A stretch of DNA of 50,806 nucleotides from Candidatus Pacearchaeota archaeon (GCA_019662115.1 JAIFVW010000004.1:1-50806); one strand, 5' to 3'; positions 14,025 to 21,926 are shown, counted from the first letter of the stretch. Program-made: numbers and translations. The notes: a model not told the origin generated them from the sequence alone.

Positions 14025-14774
14025 ATGAATGTATGGACTTATTCTCTATTGAGCGTCTTTATTGTAAGCCTAATTTCCTTTGTTGGAGTCTTTGTTTTAG
14101 GCATAAAAGCAGAGAGGCTAAAGACTCTTCTTATATATCTTGTAAGTTTTTCTGCCGGCGCTTTATTCGGAGATGCTTTTATACACCTTTTGCCTGAAAT
14201 TGCAAAAAATCAGGGATTTTCACTTAATGTTTCTCTTTCTATATTAGGAGGAATTATTATATTCTTTATTCTGGAAAAGATAATACACTGGCAGCACTGC
14301 CATCTACCAATAACTACAACGCACGTACATCCTTTTAGCTATATGAATTTAGTTGGAGATGGAGTTCATAATTTTCTTGATGGTGCGATCATTGCCGCTG
14401 GATATTTTGTAAGCATTCCTGCTGGTATTGCTACAACTCTCGCAGTTGTTCTTCATGAGATTCCCCAGGAGATCGGAGACTTTGGTGTCCTTCTTCATGG
14501 AGGATTTTCAAAGGGAAAGGCTCTTGCCTTGAATTTCCTTTCGGCGTTAACTGCCTTTTTTGGAGCTCTTCTTGTTCTTATAATTGGAGTTGAAAGGAGC
14601 AGTCTTGTTGAGCCTTTTCTTGTTCCTCTTGCTGCAGGTGGATTTATTTACATTGCAGGCAGCGATCTAATTCCTGAGCTTCATAAGGAAACTAAATTAA
14701 GCAAATCAATCATTCAGTTGCTGTTCTTTATTTTAGGAATTGCCGTAATGTTTGCACTTATTTTTGTTGAATAG
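14025..14774 (+). CDS. ZIP-family divalent metal transporter
   Basis: Polytopic membrane protein with the HEIPQEIGDFGVLL signature. Confidence 0.8.
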   Translation: MNVWTYSLLSVFIVSLISFVGVFVLGIKAERLKTLLIYLVSFSAGALFGDAFIHLLPEIAKNQGFSLNVSLSILGGIIIFFILEKIIHWQHCHLPITTTHVHPFSYMNLVGDGVHNFLDGAIIAAGYFVSIPAGIATTLAVVLHEIPQEIGDFGVLLHGGFSKGKALALNFLSALTAFFGALLVLIIGVERSSLVEPFLVPLAAGGFIYIAGSDLIPELHKETKLSKSIIQLLFFILGIAVMFALIFVE

Positions 14775-14775
14775 G

Positions 14776-14782
14776 TTTATAA
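14776..14782 (+). promoter_or_regulatory. Candidate TATA box (TTTATAA) for tRNA-Ala
   Basis: Centre lies about 27 nt upstream of the tRNA 5' end at 14806. Confidence 0.5.
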
Positions 14783-14805
14783 GAGAGTATTTATCATCTT
14801 AACAA

Positions 14806-14876
14806 GGGCCCATGTTCTAACGGCATGATGCATCCATGGCATGGATGAAGTCCGAGTTCAATTCTCGGTGGGTCCA
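14806..14876 (+). tRNA. tRNA-Ala (anticodon GGC), 71 nt, no encoded CCA, weak D-stem
   Basis: Sequence is GGGCCCATGTTCTAACGGCATGATGCATCCATGGCATGGATGAAGTCCGAGTTCAATTCTCGGTGGGTCCA. Acceptor is GGGCCCA/TGGGTCC with the G3:U70 alanine identity pair. Anticodon arm is CATCC-ATGGCAT-GGATG and T arm is CCGAG-TTCAATT-CTCGG. U8, A14, G18G19 and A21 are present. TTTT follows immediately. Confidence 0.75.
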
Positions 14877-14919
14877 TTTTGTTAGAAACTCTTTTAAAGA
14901 GATGTTTCTTTCATTGGAG

Positions 14920-15726
14920 ATGACTAAGGCCATAGGGATTGTTTCCATAAAAGGGGGAGTGGGAAAGACCACGATTGCTTCTTCTCTTGCTGTTGATTTA
15001 GTCAATCATTATGGGAAAAAAGTTCTCTTGGTGGATGCAAATTACTCTGCTCCTAATGTTGGATTGCACATGGATATCGTAACTCCTGTAAAAACTATCC
15101 ATGATGTTCTTTCTGGAAAGGCAAGAATGCTAAGTGCAATACATACTAGATATGGGGTTGATGTGATTCCTGGGAGCTATTTCTTTTCAAAAGGAATACA
15201 GTCAATGAAGTTGAAGGATAGACTTGCTAGCGTAAAGGATAATTATGATTTTGTTGTTATAGATTCCTCTCCAGCCTTAAATGAGGAAACTCTTTCCGCT
15301 ATGCTAGCCTCTGATCATCTTTTTGTTGTAACAACTCCTGATTATCCGACTTTGAGCTGTTCTCTAAGGGCTGCCAGGTTAGCCTCTCAAAGAGGAAAAT
15401 CAATTGATGGAATTATTATCAATAAAATAAGGAATCCTGAATATGAAGTCACTCTTGATGAGATTGAGGATGTACTAGAATTGCCGGTAGTTGCAAAAAT
15501 TCCAGATGATGAAGGAGTTTTGAAGTCTTTATTTATGAGAATGCCTCCTTCCATATACAATAGAAAATCTCCCTTTGGAAAAGAGATCAACAAGCTTAGT
15601 GCAGCACTTACAAACCAGACAGAGAAAATGTCGTGGCTTAAGAGCTTTTTATTCGGATTTAAGCGTGAGGAAGTAAACAGGCAAGTGCTAAAACAAGGTT
15701 TTTATAGAAGTGCGTTTTCTTCTTAG
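14920..15726 (+). CDS. MinD/ParA-family P-loop ATPase
   Basis: MTKAIGIVSIKGGVGKTT carries the deviant Walker A. The track start at 14836 would overlap the tRNA, so an internal Met (14920, or 14902) is preferred. Confidence 0.8.
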   Translation: MTKAIGIVSIKGGVGKTTIASSLAVDLVNHYGKKVLLVDANYSAPNVGLHMDIVTPVKTIHDVLSGKARMLSAIHTRYGVDVIPGSYFFSKGIQSMKLKDRLASVKDNYDFVVIDSSPALNEETLSAMLASDHLFVVTTPDYPTLSCSLRAARLASQRGKSIDGIIINKIRNPEYEVTLDEIEDVLELPVVAKIPDDEGVLKSLFMRMPPSIYNRKSPFGKEINKLSAALTNQTEKMSWLKSFLFGFKREEVNRQVLKQGFYRSAFSS

Positions 15727-15727
15727 T

Positions 15728-16072
15728 ATGGATTGCGTGTTCTGCAAAATTGCAAGGAAAGAGATCAAGGCTGATTTTATTCATGAAAGCAACCAATTTT
15801 TTGCAATCCGAGATGCTCATCCTAAGGCTGAAGGCCATACTTTAATCATTCCAAAAAAACATTTTGTTACTCTTTTGGATATACCTCACAAGCTTGGAGA
15901 GGAATTGCTTTCATTTACAAAGGAAGTTGCTGGGAGCCTGCTAGACTCAAAACTTGCGGATGGATTTAATATTATAATGAATAATCTTGAGCCTGTCGGA
16001 CAGGTTGTAAAGCACGCCCATATACATGTCATTCCGAGAAAAGAGGGCGATGGGCTCAGGATGATTGCCTAG
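15728..16072 (+). CDS. HIT-family nucleotide hydrolase/transferase
   Basis: MDCVFCKI N-terminus and the histidine triad HAHIHVIP. Confidence 0.85.
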   Translation: MDCVFCKIARKEIKADFIHESNQFFAIRDAHPKAEGHTLIIPKKHFVTLLDIPHKLGEELLSFTKEVAGSLLDSKLADGFNIIMNNLEPVGQVVKHAHIHVIPRKEGDGLRMIA

Positions 16073-16668
16073 ACATAGGAAGTAAGAGTTGGTATTTCCG
16101 CATTCCTGGGATAAATGTTTTTTATAAGTTGATAGTCACTAGCGACAATTTTGTTTTTATTTTTAATCTCTATAATCTTCAGTGGGGACAGAGCCTTTGC
16201 AGAAACAAGGATAAGAAGGAATGAATGTATTATCTTGTCTTTCCTTTTCACATGCTCAAGAGAAATTGAGAGAATCTTTTCAAGGCCTATGGTTACATTG
16301 TATTTTGTTTTCATAATCCTTTTTGCTGCTTCTTCTATAGATTCTCCTAAAACAAGCCTTCCTCCTGGAAGACTGAACAGGCCAAGAAAAGGTCTCTTAG
16401 TTCTTTTTGAAAGGAATACTTTATTAGATTTTTTTATGCACACTAAGACTACAGGTATTACAGTCTTCTTCTCTGAAATATACGGGATAAGGTGTTCCGC
16501 AGGCTCTGCAAGCATATAGGAATCTCCTTTTTTGTCAATTATTCCCTCTTTTATGAGGCTTTTCAGATGATAGGCAACTTTATTTGAGCGGATATTGAGT
16601 GCTTTTCCAAATTGGTGGAACTTCAGTTTTTCATGCAATGTAAAAAGTTCCAGTATTTTGTCTCTCAT
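16069..16668 (-). CDS. Winged-HTH plus Nudix-fold fusion with a degenerate Nudix box (probable regulator, not a hydrolase)
   Basis: N-terminus FHQFGKALNIRSNKVAYHLKSLIKEGII looks like an ArsR/MarR-type wHTH. The Nudix box GRLVLGESIEEAAKRIMKTKYNV has RIMKTK in place of REUXEE. Confidence 0.65.
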   Translation of the reverse strand: MRDKILELFTLHEKLKFHQFGKALNIRSNKVAYHLKSLIKEGIIDKKGDSYMLAEPAEHLIPYISEKKTVIPVVLVCIKKSNKVFLSKRTKRPFLGLFSLPGGRLVLGESIEEAAKRIMKTKYNVTIGLEKILSISLEHVKRKDKIIHSFLLILVSAKALSPLKIIEIKNKNKIVASDYQLIKNIYPRNAEIPTLTSYV

Positions 16669-16707
16669 AGTCAGTTTTTTTGAGCAATAGTTTAAATATA
16701 AATATTA

Positions 16708-17205
16708 GTGTTTAAGAAAATGGATGTTGCAAAGGCACATTATATAGTTGTTACAGGCATTTTAGTAAAAGATGGCAAATACCTTATTGTGAAGCGCGCT
16801 CCGTGGGAAAAAGCTTTTCCAGGAAAGTGGACTGTGCCTGGAGGAAAACTTGAAACAAAAGATTATTCTTCTTTGCCAAAAGATACATCAGACCATTGGT
16901 ATAATGTCCTGGAAAATGTGCTTAGAAGAGAGATGAAGGAGGAAGTTGGTATCTCTATTGATAAGATAGGCTATGTTTGCAGCATGGTCTACATAAGACC
17001 TGATGGAATTCCATGCTTAATTGTCAGCTTGTATGCACATCCAGATTCACATCACGTGACTCTTTGTAAAGATCTTACCGAATATGCATGGGTTACCCTC
17101 GAAGAGGCAAAAAAATATGACTTCATGGAAGGGATGTATGATGAGTTAGTTATGCTTGAGAGCTTCTTGAAAACAGGCCAGCATATGGTATGGCGCGGTA
17201 ATTAA
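16708..17205 (+). CDS. Nudix hydrolase with a canonical catalytic box
   Basis: WTVPGGKLE...RREMKEEVGI matches the REUXEEXGU consensus. Confidence 0.8.
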   Translation: MFKKMDVAKAHYIVVTGILVKDGKYLIVKRAPWEKAFPGKWTVPGGKLETKDYSSLPKDTSDHWYNVLENVLRREMKEEVGISIDKIGYVCSMVYIRPDGIPCLIVSLYAHPDSHHVTLCKDLTEYAWVTLEEAKKYDFMEGMYDELVMLESFLKTGQHMVWRGN

Positions 17206-17206
17206 T

Positions 17207-17395
17207 CTACCATTTCTGCAGCAGACGGAGAATTGTTACGATTCCAAGCATTACCAGACCGAATGTCAAAGATGCTTTTCCAAATTCGGTGTATCTAAGC
17301 TTTTCCGATCCTATAATTATAAGAGCTGCAAGAAGCACATCAAGGCTCACAAGGATCAGCTGTATCGAAGAAAATCTTCTCCTTTGCTTATCCAT
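17207..17395 (-). CDS. Small two-TM membrane protein
   Basis: 62-aa ORF with two hydrophobic helices, directly downstream of tRNA-Met on the same strand. Confidence 0.45.
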   Translation of the reverse strand: MDKQRRRFSSIQLILVSLDVLLAALIIIGSEKLRYTEFGKASLTFGLVMLGIVTILRLLQKW

Positions 17396-17427
17396 TATCC
17401 TTTTTGTTCTATGAATTAATAAATTTA

Positions 17428-17499
17428 TGGCTCTGGGGAGAGTTGAACTCCCGACTTCGGCCTTATGAGAGCCGCACTCTACCGCTGAGTTACAGAGCC
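17428..17499 (-). tRNA. tRNA with anticodon CAT: elongator Met or Ile2, not initiator-like (G1:C72)
   Basis: Reverse complement is GGCTCTGTAACTCAGCGGTAGAGTGCGGCTCTCATAAGGCCGAAGTCGGGAGTTCAACTCTCCCCAGAGCCA. Full cloverleaf: acceptor 7 bp, D-stem ACTC/GAGT, anticodon arm CGGCT-CTCATAA-GGCCG, T arm GGGAG-TTCAACT-CTCCC. Confidence 0.9.
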
Positions 17500-17593
17500 G
17501 TATATCTACACGATTTTAGCCATTTTTAAGGCTGTTGTTTTAGTTGTTTTTTGGCACAACAATACTTATTAAGGCATCGGAAGTCAGGATTTT

Positions 17594-18085
17594 ATGGCTG
17601 AAATTACAAAAAGTAATCTCAAAGTTGTTCATAGGCAGGAGTATATCCGTTTACACCTAGACGAAATTGGATATGCGGAGGCGCCTATTTTTGACAGAAA
17701 TCCAGAAAAAATCCTTATTCCAGATATCACACAAAGTTTTGAGTTTTTTGCAAGAGCTGAAGCATTATATGAAGGGGAAATTCTCAAGGGTCGAGAAATG
17801 TATATTCCCGGCATCTTTTGCTTTGGAGAGGAAGTTCCTCTTAAAGAAGTTCTACCAACTTTATCTAAAGAAGATAAAGATTATTATAATGAGGCGGGAA
17901 GGGCAGTAAGATGTTTTGACAAATATTTCCCTTTGCTTCCAGGCTCAAAAATAGTTGCTTCCAGCCCTAAAGAGTTTCCTAATTGTCTTCCCCTTATTGA
18001 ATGGGAAAATAAGACTCCTCTTTCTCTTCTTGAAAAGGAAGTAGGATTTACTAATACCCCAAGAAAAATTATTCATGAATGCTGA
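17594..18085 (+). CDS. Hypothetical protein
   Basis: 163-aa ORF with host-like composition and no recognised motif. Confidence 0.5.
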   Translation: MAEITKSNLKVVHRQEYIRLHLDEIGYAEAPIFDRNPEKILIPDITQSFEFFARAEALYEGEILKGREMYIPGIFCFGEEVPLKEVLPTLSKEDKDYYNEAGRAVRCFDKYFPLLPGSKIVASSPKEFPNCLPLIEWENKTPLSLLEKEVGFTNTPRKIIHEC

Positions 18086-18126
18086 TTGTTGGAAAGATTA
18101 ATAAGGATAGGTAAATAAAGTAGATA

Positions 18127-18336
18127 ATGGTGGAAGATATTCTTACAACTCTTCTTGGCAATGTTGGCGGCCTTGGGAAATGGCTGCAGGCATTGGGAGT
18201 GGTTGTTGTTATAAACATCGTATTTGATGTAATTGCTTTTATTTACAACAGAAAAAGGATGCAAGAAGTATACAAAATAAAAGACGATATGAATAGGATT
18301 GAAAGGAAGATAGACCGAATTCTTAAGCAGAAATAG
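18127..18336 (+). CDS. Small membrane protein with a basic coiled C-terminus
   Basis: One TM (LGVVVVINIVFDVIAFIY) followed by NRKRMQEVYKIKDDMNRIERKIDRILKQK. Confidence 0.45.
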   Translation: MVEDILTTLLGNVGGLGKWLQALGVVVVINIVFDVIAFIYNRKRMQEVYKIKDDMNRIERKIDRILKQK

Positions 18337-18544
18337 CTTCAACCACTTTCTTTGGCTTAGGAACTTTGCCTTTTGCCTTCATCAATCGTGAAATATAGCC
18401 AGCCACTTTGTTTTGAATTGGCTTGCTTGGCATAGTGTTTTTGAGCAATTTCTTGTTATGGTTGAACTCGGTTGAGAAACTATGTTCTCCTTGCAACAGC
18501 TGTTTTGCTGCCTTCTTTACCATAAGTAGTTTTATTCTTCCCAT
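18323..18544 (-). CDS. rps17e: 30S ribosomal protein S17e
   Basis: MGRIKLLMVKKAAKQLL...FSTEFNHNKKLL...NKVAGYISRL matches the S17e N-terminal pattern. Confidence 0.8.
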   Translation of the reverse strand: MGRIKLLMVKKAAKQLLQGEHSFSTEFNHNKKLLKNTMPSKPIQNKVAGYISRLMKAKGKVPKPKKVVEAISA

Positions 18545-18593
18545 AAATCCTTCCAGCAGGTAGGTTATTTAAAGCTTACTGCCAATAACTTGT

Positions 18594-19220
18594 ATGCTTG
18601 ACAAGGCACTATATGCTTTAGAAAGAAGAGCTCTTTCTTTATTTGGAGTTGATTTCTTGTCTTTTGAAGATATTGATTCTATGATTCAAGATTTGGTTTG
18701 TAGGGTACATGATTTCTCTCCAGATGTTGTTGTAGGGATACATAGAGGCGGCCAATACCCTGGAATGAAAGTTGCCGAGTGTTTAAGTATTCCCTATAAA
18801 AGATTAAATTTGTCTAGGCCTATTTATTCAATAGGATCCCTTGAATTAAATGATATCATTGGGCTTCCAAAAGTTGTTCCTTTTTTAGTAGATTCTCCTA
18901 AGATTAATTCCTCTATTCCTCGTATTAAACACGCATCTAAAGTATTGTTGGTTGATGATGATTGTGGAACGGGAGATACATTTGGCCTTGCAAAAGAGGC
19001 GATGCTTAGAGATAATGATCTTGAAATACGTGAGGCGACATTAATTTCATATCCTTGTCAATATCAGCCAGATTATTTCGCTCAGTCAATGAATTTTATA
19101 CATCCTTTAATTAAGTCTCCAATCAGATATCCGTGGCAACCCTATTCTCCTTTTTATGAGAGATTTTGTATGTGGAGAGACTCTCAAATAGAAACTGTTT
19201 CTAGATTAGCTTTTGCTTAG
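18594..19220 (+). CDS. Phosphoribosyltransferase-fold protein
   Basis: Contains the PRPP-binding motif VLLVDDDCGTGDT. Confidence 0.65.
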   Translation: MLDKALYALERRALSLFGVDFLSFEDIDSMIQDLVCRVHDFSPDVVVGIHRGGQYPGMKVAECLSIPYKRLNLSRPIYSIGSLELNDIIGLPKVVPFLVDSPKINSSIPRIKHASKVLLVDDDCGTGDTFGLAKEAMLRDNDLEIREATLISYPCQYQPDYFAQSMNFIHPLIKSPIRYPWQPYSPFYERFCMWRDSQIETVSRLAFA

Positions 19221-20143
19221 ATCTTAGCCTTCTCGAACTTAATCAGGTTTCTCCAGGTTTTTGCATGCTCCAGAGCCTTTTTATCTATCTCACCAGGAGA
19301 TAAAATTAGGGCAGGCATCTTTTCTCCATGGGCTTTTTGGTATGCTAGTGTCAGGTCGGTCTCATTAAGTTTCTTTTTGTCTTTTGCCGTAAGCATATAT
19401 TCTTGCTTTCCAAATAACGTATCAGCACGGATTTTTGCCATGAAATCCTTTTTCTTTTCAAGAAGGATCTCTAGAACCTCTATATCTTTAGAGGCTAGAT
19501 ATGCTTTTACTCTCTCAGGGAAGGCATACTCTTCCTTCTTCTTTTTCTTTATTGGCTTTGAGACTTCTTTTTCTTCCTTTTTAGGAGACTCGTTAATTTC
19601 TTGCATTTCCTTTTCCTTTGGCAATTCCAGAATGGTTTGCGATGGAGGCATTGGCGAGGCAGAAGGAAGTGTTATCTGGGGAGCAATAAGCGGTGGCTGC
19701 AATATTTGCTGAATTTCTGAATCCTGAATTAAATGATATTTCCAGAAGTTCTTTACCTGGTCATTTTGCCTTATTTTGAGAGGTATTGCAAAGTCCTTCA
19801 GAGCTCTAAGCGCAACCCTCATCACTGGGGTCTGCTGCTCATCATCCAGCATCTTGTTTTTCTTAATAAGATGAAATGCCTCTTTTTCTTTTGGGTTAAG
19901 GTACTCTATGAAGTTTTCAAGCTGCTCTTCCTGGCCTGGAAGTATATACAAAGGCGAGCTTCCAACTTTCATATCACTTATCCTAATTTTTCCCTCTGAA
20001 TAAAGCTCTGATAGGAATGCTGAGACGAATAGAGGACTTAGATTTACACCTCTTGCAAGATGAATAGGAAGGCTGGGTCCCTTTACACTTATGAGTGAAA
20101 GTATCTTCTCTTTTATTTGTGAGGCATTTTCAGGCATTCTCAT
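19217..20143 (-). CDS. Tandem winged-helix protein with a Lys/Glu-rich linker; function unknown
   Basis: N-terminus IKEKILSLISVKGPSLPIHLARGVNLSPLFVSAFLSELYSEGKIRIS. The linker contains KEKEMQEINESPKKEEKEVSKPIKKKKKEE. Confidence 0.55.
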   Translation of the reverse strand: MRMPENASQIKEKILSLISVKGPSLPIHLARGVNLSPLFVSAFLSELYSEGKIRISDMKVGSSPLYILPGQEEQLENFIEYLNPKEKEAFHLIKKNKMLDDEQQTPVMRVALRALKDFAIPLKIRQNDQVKNFWKYHLIQDSEIQQILQPPLIAPQITLPSASPMPPSQTILELPKEKEMQEINESPKKEEKEVSKPIKKKKKEEYAFPERVKAYLASKDIEVLEILLEKKKDFMAKIRADTLFGKQEYMLTAKDKKKLNETDLTLAYQKAHGEKMPALILSPGEIDKKALEHAKTWRNLIKFEKAKI

Positions 20144-20214
20144 GAACAGAGTGTTTATGTTATAAATCTTGTTATAAAGAATAACTATATATAGGCGAAT
20201 AACTTTTTTTCCCT

Positions 20215-20634
20215 ATGGATCGGAGAGTTTCTTTGACGGTCTTGGTAATTGTACTTGCTGCCGCTATTGCTTTAGTTTTTTTGTTTCAGGGAAATAAAGA
20301 GACTGATCAATGCATGTATTCCTCTAAGAATTATACAAGCACTAGTCTTGAAGAGTGCTCAAGAATAAGATATACCTGTGCTGAGGAAATGAAACCTTTC
20401 CAAAACGATTGTGGATGTGGGTGTGAACCTGCAAGCACGGAAAAGTATTATTGTACTTCCGAAAGCAGAGATAATGAGCTGTGTATTCAGGAGTATGCAC
20501 CTGTATGCGGGTGGTTTGATCCAAAGCAGATTCAGTGCATAAAATATCCTTGCGCACAGACTTTTACTAACAGTTGTTTCTCATGCATAGACCCAAGAGT
20601 CCTGTATTGGACTGAGGGAGAGTGCCCTGCTTAA
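20215..20634 (+). CDS. Secreted or membrane-anchored Cys-rich protein with a Kazal-like motif
   Basis: N-terminal hydrophobic anchor and 14 Cys. The motif CIQEYAPVCGWF...C...C...NSCFSC is present. Confidence 0.5.
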   Translation: MDRRVSLTVLVIVLAAAIALVFLFQGNKETDQCMYSSKNYTSTSLEECSRIRYTCAEEMKPFQNDCGCGCEPASTEKYYCTSESRDNELCIQEYAPVCGWFDPKQIQCIKYPCAQTFTNSCFSCIDPRVLYWTEGECPA

Positions 20635-21143
20635 GGTTTTATCCAGGATATTTCGTAATAGGAGACATCTCCTTCTTCGTCTACTATTGCAAGGAGAAGG
20701 TTCTTCTTTGTTGAATGAGCTACTCTATTTTTTGCCGCAAAGTCACTCCAGGAAAGAGAGTCGTGTTCTTTTGCTGTATAGAGGATCCATTTTGAATGGT
20801 CTCCTCCCGGCTGAATGCCTTTGTCATAAACTCGGAAGTCCGCTCCAAATTTAAGTGCTGATTTTACTATATACCCTCTTTTTCTCAAGTCGGAGAATGC
20901 TGCAAGCTTAGTCTCTATCTTTTTGTCTATTTTCCTAATTTTTTTTATCAGCGCAGAAAGATCAATCTCTTTTGCATGGGAAAAGACTTTCATCTTCTTC
21001 TCTGAAACAAGAAAGAGAGCCTCGGAGAAAGAGTATTCTACCTTTTTATCTTTTTTTTCTCCGAACCTTGATTTCTCATAAAGGGAAAAGGCTTCGGAGG
21101 AGGATGAGCTTATCTTTTCCCCTGAAAATTGCGAGGTAATCAT
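20631..21143 (-). CDS. endA: tRNA-splicing endonuclease (tRNA-intron lyase), short homotetramer-type size
   Basis: Contains LRKRGYIVKSALKFGADFRVYDKG, GDHSKWILY and VAHSTKKNLLLAIV, which carry the Y/H/K catalytic residues. Confidence 0.85.
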   Translation of the reverse strand: MITSQFSGEKISSSSSEAFSLYEKSRFGEKKDKKVEYSFSEALFLVSEKKMKVFSHAKEIDLSALIKKIRKIDKKIETKLAAFSDLRKRGYIVKSALKFGADFRVYDKGIQPGGDHSKWILYTAKEHDSLSWSDFAAKNRVAHSTKKNLLLAIVDEEGDVSYYEISWIKP

Positions 21144-21215
21144 GCAATGGCAAGGTAAATAGTCTTTTTAAGACTTATCAGGAAAGTTTTTATATGTGTT
21201 TTTCCTAAATTAAAA

Positions 21216-21527
21216 ATGCAAAGAGGTGATAGCGGCTTGCTTTTTTCTATTCCTACTGAGTTTACCAGGCGCCTTCAGCTTCCTGTTCATCCCACATTAC
21301 TTGGAGAATTCTTGTCAAGGAAATCAATTCCGGCGCATACTAGAGTTATTAGTGGAAGGGATGAGAGATATGAACTTCTTGAGACAGACTATGGGATTTC
21401 TATCAACAGGATGTCAATAATAAATCATGGGTTTTTTTCCGACCAGCATCTGCCGGCGACTTTAGTATATGTGAATGGCGAACCAAGGCTGTGTCCTATG
21501 AGAGATCCTTCGGGTATTTTACATTGA
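21216..21527 (+). CDS. Hypothetical protein with outlier composition (10 Arg, 1 Lys)
   Basis: 103-aa ORF filling the endA/aIF-1A spacer. TTTTTATAT (21187-21195) lies about 25 nt upstream of the ATG. No motif recognised. Confidence 0.4.
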   Translation: MQRGDSGLLFSIPTEFTRRLQLPVHPTLLGEFLSRKSIPAHTRVISGRDERYELLETDYGISINRMSIINHGFFSDQHLPATLVYVNGEPRLCPMRDPSGILH

Positions 21528-21569
21528 TTTCAAAGATAGGTTTAATAACTCCTCTTTTTAATTTATTTT

Positions 21570-21926
21570 ATGGATGAAGAGTACGGAGACTTTGAAGAAG
21601 TTGTAGAAGAAGGGCAGCAGCCAACGCAAGAGGGAGAGGCGCCTATAAGAGTAAGAAAACCAAGAGATGGAGAGATTATAGGAGTAATTGTCCAGAGACT
21701 TGGAGGAAACAGGATGGAGGTCCATTGTGTTGATGGAAAAGTCAGGAATTGCAGAGTTCCAGGGAGATTCAAAAGGAGCATGTGGTTGAGACCTAAGGAT
21801 GTTGTTCTAGTGCAGCCTTGGGAATACGACAATTCTAAAGCTGATGTAGTATTCCATTATAATCCTGGAGCTGCCAATCAGCTTAGAAAACGTGGATTGC
21901 TTGATTCTATCAAAGACGAGTTCTAA
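21570..21926 (+). CDS. eif1a: Translation initiation factor aIF-1A
   Basis: GEIIGVIVQRLGGNRMEVHCVDGKVRNCRVPGRFKRSMWLRPKDVVLVQPWEY is an S1-like OB fold. TTTAATAA (21541-21548) lies upstream. Confidence 0.9.
   Translation: MDEEYGDFEEVVEEGQQPTQEGEAPIRVRKPRDGEIIGVIVQRLGGNRMEVHCVDGKVRNCRVPGRFKRSMWLRPKDVVLVQPWEYDNSKADVVFHYNPGAANQLRKRGLLDSIKDEF

Noticed and set aside
14836-14919. N-terminal extension of the MinD-like ORF (MAWMKSEFNSRWVHFVRNSFKEMFLSLE)
   Set aside because: It overlaps the tRNA-Ala gene and its T-tract. The conserved MinD N-terminus starts at MTKAIGIVSIKGGVGKT.
21144-21569. RNase P RNA, SRP RNA or a C/D-box sRNA in the endA/aIF-1A spacer
   Set aside because: I looked on both strands for GAGGAAAGUCC, ACAGAA-N-GGCUUA, the SRP helix-8 GGAA/AGCA motifs and properly spaced C (RUGAUGA) and D (CUGA) boxes. 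Only partial chance-level matches turned up (CAGGAAAGTT, GGAAGGGATGAG, GTGATAG...CTGA about 30 nt apart). It is kept as an open question in the findings but not called as an RNA gene.
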